Below are positions 28,916-38,893 of a DNA stretch of 64,000 bases, piece after piece. Position numbers and translations under genes: made by a program. How positions within the stretch are numbered: position 1 is the stretch's first letter; each line of letters opens with the position of its first letter. The notes below the pieces were generated by a model. The model was not told where the DNA came from and did no database searches. It worked only from the letters and a program-made list of their open reading frames with translations. The stretch is from an uncultured bacterium (GTDB lineage Bacteria; Bacillota; Clostridia; Lachnospirales; Lachnospiraceae), in NCBI GenBank assembly GCA_905214925.1, contig CAJMOB010000004.1, positions 5,829 through 69,828 of the forward strand. The letters run 5' to 3'.

Positions 28916-29893
28916 TTATTCCTCTCTTTCGTTAACTGACACAGTCTTAAATGTTAGTTCTCCATTTTCCTTCCATTCTACTTTTGCCACCATCGTATGC
29001 CGATTTGGATCATACAATGGATCGCCAACGATTTTTTCATATTGCCTTGCATGATAAATACATAAATCGGTAACGCCATCTTCTGCCTTTACAAAAGAAT
29101 TATGTCCTGGGCCATAAATCCCCTTTTCCTCATCTGTTCTCATAATAGGATATCGATTTTTTTTCCAAACCCTTGGGTCTAATAAATCTTCATTTTCATC
29201 GACCGATAACATTCCCATACAATACTCAGCCCCTGTGGCGCTAGCAGAATAGGTAAGATAAATCCGTCCATTATGTTTTATTACAGCAGGCCCTTCATTT
29301 ACCCAAAAATCAACTCGTTCCCAATCATAATCAGGAGTTGTGAGCAACACTTGAACGGTAGCTAACTTCCAAGGCTTTTCCATTTTTGCAATATAAAGAT
29401 TCGATATTTTCTTTCCAACTCCTGTTTTCTCTGCCCATACATAATAATAAATTCCTTTATTCTCAAAAACAGTTGCATCTAAAGAAAATTCTTCAAAAGA
29501 AAATTCATCCCCATCTGCTCGTTGCATTATGCCAAGCTCTCTCCAAGGATCTTCCATGGGATTATCACCGGTACACTCCAATACATAAGGCCTAATCTTC
29601 CAAATATCTGCCTGATCTCCTGCCGCATAGTAAATGTACCATTTTCCTTCTAGGAAATGAATTTCTGGTGCCCAAATATGAATACTTTGAGGGCCACTTT
29701 CATGTTTTACCCAAATCGTCTTTTCTTTGGCCGTCTGAATTCCCTTTATTGTATCCGCCTTTCTTAAAATAATTTTGTCATAAGTGGGTACCGATGCAGT
29801 GAAATAATAAGTCCCATCTTCGTGACGATACATATAAGGATCGGCTCTTTGTACAATAAAAGGTTTATTATAATCTGTTCTATGAATTTCCAT
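28916..29893 (-). CDS. GH43 glycoside hydrolase (single-domain, exo-arabinofuranosidase-like)
   Basis: 325 aa. Motifs: ..ADPYMYRHEDGTYYF.., ..IWAPEIHFLEGKWYIYY.., ..EGPAVIKHNG.. No signal peptide. Confidence 0.8.
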   Translation of the reverse strand: MEIHRTDYNKPFIVQRADPYMYRHEDGTYYFTASVPTYDKIILRKADTIKGIQTAKEKTIWVKHESGPQSIHIWAPEIHFLEGKWYIYYAAGDQADIWKIRPYVLECTGDNPMEDPWRELGIMQRADGDEFSFEEFSLDATVFENKGIYYYVWAEKTGVGKKISNLYIAKMEKPWKLATVQVLLTTPDYDWERVDFWVNEGPAVIKHNGRIYLTYSASATGAEYCMGMLSVDENEDLLDPRVWKKNRYPIMRTDEEKGIYGPGHNSFVKAEDGVTDLCIYHARQYEKIVGDPLYDPNRHTMVAKVEWKENGELTFKTVSVNEREE

Positions 29894-30245
29894 CTCTTTC
29901 TTCCCTTCTATTACCGATTACAAAACAAAAGAATACTTCTGTATCTTTTCTGTCTTTCTTGTACTTTCATTATGACACATATGATTTATCTTTTCAAGTA
30001 ATATTTTATTTTTTGTTAAACTATTATATATTTATTTAAATATTTTGTGCATATTAACGATTCCCTATTTTGCTTCTTATTTTCTATTTATTATCATATT
30101 TTTTAGTAATAATGTATATTTATTTTGTATTATCTTCTAATTCATAAATATAATTCTATTCTTTCGATCTATTTCCCTTCTTTTATCGATATTTATATTT
30201 TAGATTTATCTAAACTATTATTTTCACATATTTTAATTTTTTTAT

Positions 30246-30281
30246 AAAAAAATAGCGTAGCTACATTTCTACTAGCTACGC
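30246..30281 (-). terminator. Intrinsic terminator after the GH27 gene
   Basis: Stem GCGTAGCTA (30255-30263) / TAGCTACGC (30273-30281). A U-run follows on the minus strand (complement of the A-run at 30246-30253). Confidence 0.75.
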
Positions 30282-30289
30282 CAATTCTT

Positions 30290-31579
30290 TTATCCTAATA
30301 GTTCATATAATTTCACATCATGAGGTGAAATTTTCATTCCCTCTTCTTTCTGTTCTATGTTTACCTTCTGATTCACCCATACGTCCCTAACAATTGTGCC
30401 AAATTCCTTTTCTATCTTCTTCCAATCATAAATCGTTTCGTTGTTCGATAAGTTAAATATGGCAACATAACGTTTTCCTGTCTTTTTATGATGGGTAATC
30501 CAAATAGCTTCTCCTTCCTCTCGTTTCCACTGTTTCCTTTCAAAGTCATTACTTAGTAAACTCAATACTTCTTCATTGGTCAACAGACTTTTTGTCCAGT
30601 CATCCAGCTTCGTAAGTTCCGCTCCAAGCATAATTGGAGAGCCAAAGATACACCAAAGAGTCATCATTGTCTTTTGTTCTTCTTTTGTAAAATTGGTATT
30701 CCGCTCTTGTAAAAATCCTTTTCCAACCCTTCCAACAGGAAGCATATCACAATCTGGATAGCATCCCCTTCTTTTATGCATCTGCCAAATTTCACATCGT
30801 TCAAACATAACTTTTAACAGTTCCCACTGATCCCAAAAATCATCGGTAATTCTCCACATATTGGCATAGGTCTCATAATGCCATGCCTTTTCAATAATGG
30901 CTGGTCCTGGAGATAAGCTGAGTACCATCGGTCTTCCTGCCTTCATAATCGCTTTATGTATCATTTCAATTTCATTTTTTCCTGCATAGGCGTCTTCGTA
31001 TAACTTCGTATGGGCAATATCATCACATTTAATAAAATCTACACCCCAGCTTGCATAAAGCTCCATTAACGAATCATAATATTCCTGAGCTCCTTCTACA
31101 CCTTCCTTCACCCCATACATATCAGGATTCCATGGACAGATGCTATAAGGGTCGGCAATCTGATCCGCTGTTTTTGTACTACCTAATATTTTACTATGAG
31201 TGTGTGCACTGATTCTTGGAATTCCCCTCATAATGTGAATACCAAATTTAAGACCTTTTTCATGAATATAATCAGCTAATGGACGAAATCCCTTTCCATC
31301 AATTGCCGATGGAAACTTCTCCACACATGGTAAAAGACGACCATACTCATCTACTTCTACTTTACTAAAAGGAAGATATTGATACTCCTCTCGCTTTGTT
31401 CCAGTCCCATAAGCATACCATTGAATGTCTACTACAATATATTCGTATCCATATGGCTTTAAATAAGTTGCCATATAATCCGCATTCTTCTTTATTTCTT
31501 CTTCCGTCACTGTGGTATCATAATAATCATAGCTATTCCACCCCATAGGAGGTGTTGGTGCAAAATCGTCTTTTCTCAT
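30290..31579 (-). CDS. GH27-family glycosidase (alpha-galactosidase / beta-L-arabinopyranosidase type)
   Basis: Start moved to ATG 31579 (MRKDDFAPTPPMGWNSYDYY..), because the track ORF would overlap the upstream GH127 gene by about 100 nt. GH27 motifs PPMGWNSY and DFIKCDD are present. Confidence 0.75.
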   Translation of the reverse strand: MRKDDFAPTPPMGWNSYDYYDTTVTEEEIKKNADYMATYLKPYGYEYIVVDIQWYAYGTGTKREEYQYLPFSKVEVDEYGRLLPCVEKFPSAIDGKGFRPLADYIHEKGLKFGIHIMRGIPRISAHTHSKILGSTKTADQIADPYSICPWNPDMYGVKEGVEGAQEYYDSLMELYASWGVDFIKCDDIAHTKLYEDAYAGKNEIEMIHKAIMKAGRPMVLSLSPGPAIIEKAWHYETYANMWRITDDFWDQWELLKVMFERCEIWQMHKRRGCYPDCDMLPVGRVGKGFLQERNTNFTKEEQKTMMTLWCIFGSPIMLGAELTKLDDWTKSLLTNEEVLSLLSNDFERKQWKREEGEAIWITHHKKTGKRYVAIFNLSNNETIYDWKKIEKEFGTIVRDVWVNQKVNIEQKEEGMKISPHDVKLYELLG

Positions 31580-31593
31580 ATCTATCCTTTCTT

Positions 31594-33522
31594 TTAAAAT
31601 CCCAGTTCTTTTATCCAAACCATCATTTCTCCATATCCTCGATTTCCCCAGTAACAATAAGGAATAAATGTCAAATCCACTTCTTCCCATTGATAGGTTC
31701 GATCGCTATATAAGGTTTCCTCTTCCCAGTCTTCTATCATCCTCTTTCCTTTGGCATGGAGCATTAACGTACCATTTAATACATCTTCTCGATACTCTTC
31801 TTTTAACTCTTCTTTTGTATCGACAAAAAGAGCGGATAAATTTTCTCCATTATCTATCTGTTCTAGACAGTATACAAGAGGTCCTTTTTGTACTGCCACT
31901 TTCCCAACATCCGCTCTTACAAGCGGATTGGCTCTCATAAAACGGGCAGGAATATCAAAGACAATCCGAATCTCCTCTTCTTTCCATTGCCCTTCTAATC
32001 TTGCATATCCTTTCTCCACTTGGAAGTTCACTTCTTTTCCTTCCATGAAAATCTTCATACCCTTTGCATAGTCAGGAACTCGTATTCCTATCATTCCTTC
32101 ATAAACTTCTTCTGCCCTTATTTTTACAATCACTTCATTTTCAAATGGATACCTTGTCACTTGCTTTATCGTAAAACCTTCAAACACTGTGACTTTACTT
32201 GACACAAAAAGATTAATATAAAGTTCTTTTTCCCCTTTAAAATACAAGTACTCTCCAAGACTTGCTAACGTACGAGCGATGTTTGGTGGACAACAAGCAC
32301 AGCCAAACCATTTTTGTCGAACAGGTTTGACATGATCCATACTACTATGATCGATACAGTTTTCTGGCCAAACTTCCAAAGGATTGACATAGAAGAAACT
32401 CTTTCCATCCATAGCAATACCAGCAAGCACTGTATTATAAAGTGCTTTTTCTACGATATCCATATAATGAGCCTCCCCTGTAATCTGTGCCATTCTTCTT
32501 CCAAACAGAGCAAGACCTATGGAAGCACAACTTTCGGAATAATTGGTGGCATTTGGCAGATCATAATCCACAGTAAATCTTTCATAAGGTCCACTGCTTC
32601 CAATCCCTCCTGTAATATACATTCTCTTTTCCACTACATTTTTCCATAGACGTTTACAAGCCTCTAATAAATCCGTATCGTTATATTCCTCTGCAATATC
32701 CGCCATAGCACAGTACATATACATAGCACGCACACTATGTCCTTCCGCTGTATCCTGCTCTTGAACTGGCTTATGACACTGAGAGTATTCTGGTAAGAAA
32801 GTATTGCGATCATGGAAAATATCGATCCATCCCTCTCTTAAATGCTCTTCTACTAAATAATTTGGTTCTGTTCCTCTGCGATCGAGAAAAGCTTTTGCCA
32901 TATCCATATAACTTCTTTTTCCTGTCACCTCACTTAATTTAATAAGACCAATTTCAATTTCTTGATGTCCTGGAACCGCATTTTTGTACTCTTCTTGTTG
33001 AAAAACTTCACAAATATAGTCTGCAAATCGTTCCATAATCTGTACGAATCTCTTCTTCCCTGTTACTTTATAATACGCTACTGCAGCTTCCATCATATGC
33101 CCCGCTGTATAAAGTTCATGTCCTTCCCGTAAATTTTTAAATCGATGCTCTGGAGCTAAAATTGTAAAATAAGTATTCAGATATCCATCTTCTTGTTGCG
33201 CTTTTGCAATTAATTCAATTGCCTCATCCGCTTCTTTTTCTAATTGTTCATTTTCTTCATAAGATAACGAATAGGCTACTGCCTCTAACCACTTGGCTAA
33301 ATCCGTATCTTGACACACAAATCCATGAAAGGTTCCTTCTTTTAATCCTGCTGCTACTTTGAAGTTTTCAATGGAATAGCTCGGTTCTGCCCCCTCAATT
33401 CGATCATTTAATGCTTCCCATTGATAGGGAATAATCTGTTTTGTCACAAGCTTTGTATACTTATTCCAAAAAGAATCTTCAATTTTTACATTTCTAAGAT
33501 CGAGTAACTGTTTTTTGCCCAT
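31594..33522 (-). CDS. GH127 beta-L-arabinofuranosidase (DUF1680 / HypBA1-like)
   Basis: Start moved to ATG 33522, which has GGAGGT upstream. Contains the Cys-rich active-site block WFGCACCPPNIARTLASLG characteristic of GH127 cysteine glycosidases. Confidence 0.8.
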   Translation of the reverse strand: MGKKQLLDLRNVKIEDSFWNKYTKLVTKQIIPYQWEALNDRIEGAEPSYSIENFKVAAGLKEGTFHGFVCQDTDLAKWLEAVAYSLSYEENEQLEKEADEAIELIAKAQQEDGYLNTYFTILAPEHRFKNLREGHELYTAGHMMEAAVAYYKVTGKKRFVQIMERFADYICEVFQQEEYKNAVPGHQEIEIGLIKLSEVTGKRSYMDMAKAFLDRRGTEPNYLVEEHLREGWIDIFHDRNTFLPEYSQCHKPVQEQDTAEGHSVRAMYMYCAMADIAEEYNDTDLLEACKRLWKNVVEKRMYITGGIGSSGPYERFTVDYDLPNATNYSESCASIGLALFGRRMAQITGEAHYMDIVEKALYNTVLAGIAMDGKSFFYVNPLEVWPENCIDHSSMDHVKPVRQKWFGCACCPPNIARTLASLGEYLYFKGEKELYINLFVSSKVTVFEGFTIKQVTRYPFENEVIVKIRAEEVYEGMIGIRVPDYAKGMKIFMEGKEVNFQVEKGYARLEGQWKEEEIRIVFDIPARFMRANPLVRADVGKVAVQKGPLVYCLEQIDNGENLSALFVDTKEELKEEYREDVLNGTLMLHAKGKRMIEDWEEETLYSDRTYQWEEVDLTFIPYCYWGNRGYGEMMVWIKELGF

Positions 33523-34063
33523 AACATACCTCCAACTTTTCCCATTTGTAGCATTGTACCCTTTTTCCAAACGGAAAAGAGATTCTATGACAATCCCTAC
33601 AAATAGATCATAATTTTATTGAATTTTTCTTTCATTTTATCCAATACATTTCCATATGTCAATTTATATTTTAAATTTTATTAAAATAATTTATTTTTAT
33701 CAAAATACGATTTTATACGCCTTTCTTTTATATTATGATGATTGAATTTTTAACTGTAATTGCTATCGTTTTATTAACAGGTGAAGTATAACAACTGAAA
33801 AAGGACTCCTGAGTATATTCAAGAATCCTTTTTAAGCTTATTTTTTATTAGTAATGATAATTGAGAGAAAATTCAAGAAAGATTTGATACGGTAAATGTT
33901 ACTTCTAGTACGTTTTCTTCTTCGTATTGAGATTCTTCAAAAGAGAAAGAATCTTTTTTCTGCAATCCTGTAATCATAGGTTCTGCTTCACTCCACTGAT
34001 TGTTTTTAAAAAATACCTCTTTTTTTATTCATTCTTTACATTATTTTTTTTATATTTTTACCA

Positions 34064-34099
34064 CAAAAAAGACTATTGTGTTTTTTATCTACAATAGCC
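34064..34099 (-). terminator. Intrinsic terminator after phoR
   Basis: Stem gactattgt (34071-34079) / acaatagcc (34091-34099), with one G-U pair on the minus-strand RNA. A U-run follows on the minus strand (complement of the A-run at 34064-34070). Confidence 0.6.
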
Positions 34100-34117
34100 T
34101 TTTTCTCTTACCCATTT

Positions 34118-35785
34118 TTAATTTTTCTCTGGAAACAGTAACGTTACTGTTGTTCCAACTCCAATAATACTGTCTAACTTCAAGATAGCGCCTAAATAAG
34201 CTGCTCCATGCTTTACGATAGAAAGCCCAAGCCCTGTACCACCAATCTCTTTTGAATGGCTTTTATCTACACGATAAAACCGTTCAAAAATTCGGCTTTG
34301 ACTAGAAACTGGAATGCCGATTCCTGTATCGGTAACAGAAAGAGCCAATCCTTCTGTCTTTTTCTCAATGGAAATCTTTACACTTCCTTTTTCTTTATTG
34401 TACTTAATGGCATTGTCACATAAATTATATAAAATCTCTTCTAACACAGGTCGAACGGTTGTTAATCGCTCATTTTCTCCCGATACTTCAATGAGAACAT
34501 CTTTTTTATGCGCCATTGATTGCAATCTTAATGCCACTTCATTTGCTAATGCCTTTACACTGACTTCTTCTTTTTCATAAGGCATCATTCCTTCATCCAA
34601 TTGGGATAATTTAATAATATCATTGACAAGGGAAATAAGCCTTTGCGATTCTCTAAAAATATTTCCTGCAAACTTCGGTACATCTTCTGGCTTTACGATA
34701 CCATTTTGCATGATTTCTGCAAATCCAGAAATAGAAGTGAGAGGTGTTTTTAACTCATGAGAAACATTAGCAGTGAACTCTCTTCGCAATCGCTCTCCTT
34801 GGATTCTCTCTGTAATATCCATAAAGACTAAGACGGCACCTGCCACTTCGCGTTTTTTTCCTTGAAACACAGGATTTGCAATTAATTGATATTGGCTCTC
34901 ATCCAATTCAATTTCACTTTCTTGATGTCGACCTTCTAACACCTGTTCAATAATCTTTTGAAATTTTTCTGTTCGATTTAAAGTGAGAACACTTTGATGT
35001 TTTCCTAACGATTCGATTTCAAATAATCTCTTTGTACTCGAATTACAAGATAAAATTTCCATCTTAGAATCGATAACTAAAAATCCTTCTTCCATATTTT
35101 CGGTAATCATCTCAAATTCTTCTTGTTTATTTTTAGCATCTTCTAACTGCTCTTTAATCATCCTCTTTTGGCGATGTATCTTTGTTAACAATGGAGCAAT
35201 TTCATCATATGCCTCATTATTTTCTGGATGATCTAAATCTAAATTATTCATCGGCTCTGTAATCTTTTTAGCCACTTTTCTTGCTAAAAATGCAGCTAAT
35301 AAAAACATCAATGCTAAAATATAAAGAACTGGATGAATTAATCCTAATAATAACGTTAATACAGTATCTTGTACTTGTGCCACACGAAGAATTTTCCCAT
35401 CGGATAAACGCACAGCATAATACATTGTTTTATCAGAAAGTGTATCAGAATATCTCGTATCTTCTCCATAGCCATTTTCTATTGCCAATTGTACTTCTGG
35501 ACGCTCCACATGATTTTCCATCGTTGAAATTTCTACTTTGGAATCATAGAGCACTGTTCCATCTTTTTCAATGAGAGTTATTCGATTGTCCTCTTCTGGT
35601 AATTGTTCTAAATAAGTAATTCCACCGCTCTCCACTGCTTGTGCTACATAACCAGCTTCACTTTTTAATTCCGCTCTTAATTCATCCGTTAAATAACTGT
35701 ACATAATCCCAAAAATCAACAAAAAACTAGCGGCGAGAATGGAACCTGCAACTAAAATAATGGAACGAAAAATTTTACTTGTCAT
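34118..35785 (-). CDS. phoR: Phosphate-regulon sensor histidine kinase
   Basis: 555 aa. Two TM helices flank an extracytoplasmic domain, followed by PAS, the HisKA H-box FTANVSHELKTPLTSI and the HATPase G-box GGTGLGLSIVKH. Overlaps the response-regulator gene by 11 nt and lies next to pst-phoU. Confidence 0.8.
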   Translation of the reverse strand: MTSKIFRSIILVAGSILAASFLLIFGIMYSYLTDELRAELKSEAGYVAQAVESGGITYLEQLPEEDNRITLIEKDGTVLYDSKVEISTMENHVERPEVQLAIENGYGEDTRYSDTLSDKTMYYAVRLSDGKILRVAQVQDTVLTLLLGLIHPVLYILALMFLLAAFLARKVAKKITEPMNNLDLDHPENNEAYDEIAPLLTKIHRQKRMIKEQLEDAKNKQEEFEMITENMEEGFLVIDSKMEILSCNSSTKRLFEIESLGKHQSVLTLNRTEKFQKIIEQVLEGRHQESEIELDESQYQLIANPVFQGKKREVAGAVLVFMDITERIQGERLRREFTANVSHELKTPLTSISGFAEIMQNGIVKPEDVPKFAGNIFRESQRLISLVNDIIKLSQLDEGMMPYEKEEVSVKALANEVALRLQSMAHKKDVLIEVSGENERLTTVRPVLEEILYNLCDNAIKYNKEKGSVKISIEKKTEGLALSVTDTGIGIPVSSQSRIFERFYRVDKSHSKEIGGTGLGLSIVKHGAAYLGAILKLDSIIGVGTTVTLLFPEKN

Positions 35786-36461
35786 CTATCCTTTCCTCCA
35801 ATTTATATCCAACACCTCGAACCGTTTCAATATATTTCCCTGCATCCTTTAATTTTTGTCTCAGTGTTCGAATATGCACATCTACGGTGCGACTTTCTCC
35901 ATCGAATTCATACCCCCAAATTCGATCGAGTATTTGTGCCCTCGTTAATACAATACCTTTGTTCTCTAATAAAAAATGGAGAAGATCAAATTCTTTTAAT
36001 GTTAAAACAATTTCTTCTTCTCCAACTTTTACGATATGCTTTTGCGAATCGACGGATAATATTCCAAGTTTTAACACTTTATTCTCTTCTACGACTTCAT
36101 CATTTCTTCTTAAATGCGCCCGAATTCTTGATAACAGTTCCATCATACGAAATGGCTTTGGAACATAATCATCGGCTCCACTATCAAGCCCTAACACCGT
36201 ATCAAATTCACTGCCTTTTGCTGTTAACATAATGACAGGGATCTTTTTCCAAAGTGACTTGGAGCGGAGTTTCTTCAAAATAGAAATTCCATCCTCTTCA
36301 GGCAACATAATATCAAGTAAAACCAAAGCAGGAATTTTTTCCTCCATCGCTTTCCAAAACTCAGAAGGCTTTGCAAATCCCTCTGCCTCAATGCCTTGAC
36401 TATTTAATGTATAAATAATTAACTCGCGAATACTATCATCATCATCTACAAAATATATCAT
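35775..36461 (-). CDS. phoP: OmpR/PhoB-family response regulator
   Basis: 228 aa. Receiver domain (DDD..LDIMLP..) plus winged-helix output ..TVDVHIRTLRQKL..VRGVGYKL. Confidence 0.8.
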   Translation of the reverse strand: MIYFVDDDDSIRELIIYTLNSQGIEAEGFAKPSEFWKAMEEKIPALVLLDIMLPEEDGISILKKLRSKSLWKKIPVIMLTAKGSEFDTVLGLDSGADDYVPKPFRMMELLSRIRAHLRRNDEVVEENKVLKLGILSVDSQKHIVKVGEEEIVLTLKEFDLLHFLLENKGIVLTRAQILDRIWGYEFDGESRTVDVHIRTLRQKLKDAGKYIETVRGVGYKLEERIDDK

Positions 36462-36475
36462 CTTTAATTCCTCAC

Positions 36476-37162
36476 TTACTTCTTACGCTCTCCTGTAATG
36501 GAATATTCCACCCATTCAGCTATATTAACTGCGTGATCTCCAATGCGTTCAAAATATTTTGCCGCCATTAAAAGATTTAAAGACTCTTTTGCATCAATTT
36601 GCTTATCGTAAATCAAATCCATTAATTCTGTTTTTACTTTTTCAAAAAGAGCATCGACTTCATCATCACTCTTTATCACTTTCTTTGCTAAAGAAAGATC
36701 ATTCTTTACAAAGGCATCAACACTGCCTGTTACCATCTTAACTGTAGCCTTTGCCATATCATCGATATGAATCATACTTTGTGAATAATGTCCAAGCCCC
36801 TTGCTTGTTAAATCAGCAATATCCGCTGCCTGATCTCCAATACGTTCCATATCAGAAATCATTTTTAATGCGGAAGAAATATTTCTTAAATCTCTTGCCA
36901 CTGGTTGCTGTTGTAATAACAGCCTCATACAAAGAGTTTCGATCTCATATTCTTTGGAATCAATTTCTTCTTCTAAATTGGAAACTTTCCCTCTTAAATC
37001 AGCAATTGTTTCTTGAATAAGCTCTTCGTCTTCTTCGTTTTGTTCTTTTGAACATTCTAAAAGCACTTGTACGGAAAGAGCAATTGCCTCTTCACAAAGA
37101 CTTCCCATCTTAATGAGTTCTACATGAAGCTCTTCCATCTGTTCATCAAATCTCGTTCTCAT
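36476..37162 (-). CDS. phoU: Phosphate signalling complex protein PhoU
   Basis: Start moved to ATG 37162 (MRTRFDEQMEELH..), directly after the pstB stop. Two PhoU repeats are present (ERIGDQAADIA, ERIGDHAVNIAE). Confidence 0.85.
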   Translation of the reverse strand: MRTRFDEQMEELHVELIKMGSLCEEAIALSVQVLLECSKEQNEEDEELIQETIADLRGKVSNLEEEIDSKEYEIETLCMRLLLQQQPVARDLRNISSALKMISDMERIGDQAADIADLTSKGLGHYSQSMIHIDDMAKATVKMVTGSVDAFVKNDLSLAKKVIKSDDEVDALFEKVKTELMDLIYDKQIDAKESLNLLMAAKYFERIGDHAVNIAEWVEYSITGERKK

Positions 37163-37163
37163 A

Positions 37164-37919
37164 TCAACCAAACCTTCCTGTAATATAATCTTCTGTTCTC
37201 TTATCCTTTGGCATGGAGAAGAGGCTTTCCGTTTCCCCATATTCTACCATTTCTCCTAAAAGGAAGAAGGCAGTTTTGTCTGAAATTCTGGCCGCTTGTT
37301 GCATATTATGTGTTACCATAATAATCGTATAATCTTTCTTTAACTCCATAGCCAATTCTTCGATTTTATTTGTAGAAATTGGATCTAGCGCTGATGTTGG
37401 TTCGTCCATTAATAATACTTCTGGTGATACGGCTAATGCTCTTGCAATACAAAGTCTTTGCTGCTGTCCCCCAGACATTCCCAATGCACTTTTCTTTAAA
37501 CGATCTTTTACTTCATCCCAAATGGCTGCCGCACGGAGAGAACGCTCTACAATTTCATCTAACTCTACTTTTGAGCGGATCCCTTGTAATCTTGGTCCAT
37601 AGGCTACATTATCATAAATGCTTTTTGGGAATGGATTTGGTTGCTGAAACACCATTCCGACTTTTTGACGAAGCGTAATGGCATCCATATCTTTAAAGAT
37701 ATCTTGTCCATCTAATAGAATCTGTCCGTTGATTTTTACGCCTTCTTCTAAGTCATTCATTCGATTTAATGTTTTTAAGAATGTGGATTTTCCGCATCCA
37801 GATGGTCCAATAAAAGCGGTAATTTCATTTTTATCAATACTCATATTTATGTTTTTTAAGGCTTTAAACTGACCATAATAAAGTTCTAGACCTTTTACAT
37901 CAAATTTCTTATTTGCCAT
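37164..37919 (-). CDS. pstB: Phosphate ABC transporter ATP-binding protein
   Basis: Walker [10 protein letters not shown], the PstB-typical QQPNPFP, and signature [14 protein letters not shown]. Confidence 0.92.
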   Translation of the reverse strand: MANKKFDVKGLELYYGQFKALKNINMSIDKNEITAFIGPSGCGKSTFLKTLNRMNDLEEGVKINGQILLDGQDIFKDMDAITLRQKVGMVFQQPNPFPKSIYDNVAYGPRLQGIRSKVELDEIVERSLRAAAIWDEVKDRLKKSALGMSGGQQQRLCIARALAVSPEVLLMDEPTSALDPISTNKIEELAMELKKDYTIIMVTHNMQQAARISDKTAFFLLGEMVEYGETESLFSMPKDKRTEDYITGRFG

Positions 37920-37991
37920 TTTGATTCAATCTCCATTTATTATTTTTATTATACACTCAATAGTAACCAATCGACAAGGCTTATCCATCCT

Positions 37992-38870
37992 TTATTTTCC
38001 TGTCATATTTTTTTCCACCTTACGGCTTAATAATCTCGCTCCAATACTAAAGGCAAATACTAAAAGTAAAAGAACGGCTGCAGAGAAATTAGCAATCTGT
38101 TCTGCATTGGCTTCAATCGCCTCTGTACGGCTTGCCCAAATATGAAGTGCTAACGTCTCTCCTGGACGGAATGGATTTAATGCGGATACTGGAGAAGTAA
38201 TATGCCATGTACGGCTCCAGTTAATATCCGTGCTCATTCCTGCTGTATAAAGGAGCGCTGCTGCCTCACCAAATACACGCCCTGCTGCTAAAATAATTCC
38301 TGTCATAATTCTTGGTAAACAAGCTGGTAATAAAACTTTGCAAATTGTTTGCCAATGAGTTGCACCCATACCAAAACTTCCTTGACGATATCCTTTTGGT
38401 AAAGAACGAAGGGCATCTTCTGTTGTTGTAGCAATTAATGGAAGATTTAAAATAGATACGGCTAACGCTCCTGACATTAAGTTCCATCTTGCACCAACTA
38501 ATACGATAAATATTAAATACCCGAATAAACCAACTACGATGGAAGGAAGGGAAGATAATGTTTCAATACAAATTCTTAAAAACTTTGTAAAACGTCCTTT
38601 TTTTGCATATTCTGCCATATAAACACCTGTGGCAATTCCTAAAGGTACGCTAATTAATAACGCTAACACTACAAGATAAATGGTATTAAATAACTGATTC
38701 CCAATTCCATCTTTACTAAAAGAAAGAAGTTTTGGTGTAAAATCTTTAAACCCATTTCCGATGACATATCCTGCAAAGGCAATTAACAAAAGAAGAAAAA
38801 AGCCTGCAATTACATAAAAAATACCTGTCATCACTTTATCAACTATTTTGGCTCTTTTTGTAATATTCAT
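37992..38870 (-). CDS. pstA: Phosphate ABC transporter permease PstA
   Basis: 292 aa polytopic protein. Its position between pstC and pstB and its EAA-type loop (..EDALRSLPKGYRQGSFGMGATHWQ..) support the call. Confidence 0.88.
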   Translation of the reverse strand: MNITKRAKIVDKVMTGIFYVIAGFFLLLLIAFAGYVIGNGFKDFTPKLLSFSKDGIGNQLFNTIYLVVLALLISVPLGIATGVYMAEYAKKGRFTKFLRICIETLSSLPSIVVGLFGYLIFIVLVGARWNLMSGALAVSILNLPLIATTTEDALRSLPKGYRQGSFGMGATHWQTICKVLLPACLPRIMTGIILAAGRVFGEAAALLYTAGMSTDINWSRTWHITSPVSALNPFRPGETLALHIWASRTEAIEANAEQIANFSAAVLLLLVFAFSIGARLLSRKVEKNMTGK

Positions 38871-38893
38871 AGTTTCATTCCTTTCCGCTATCC

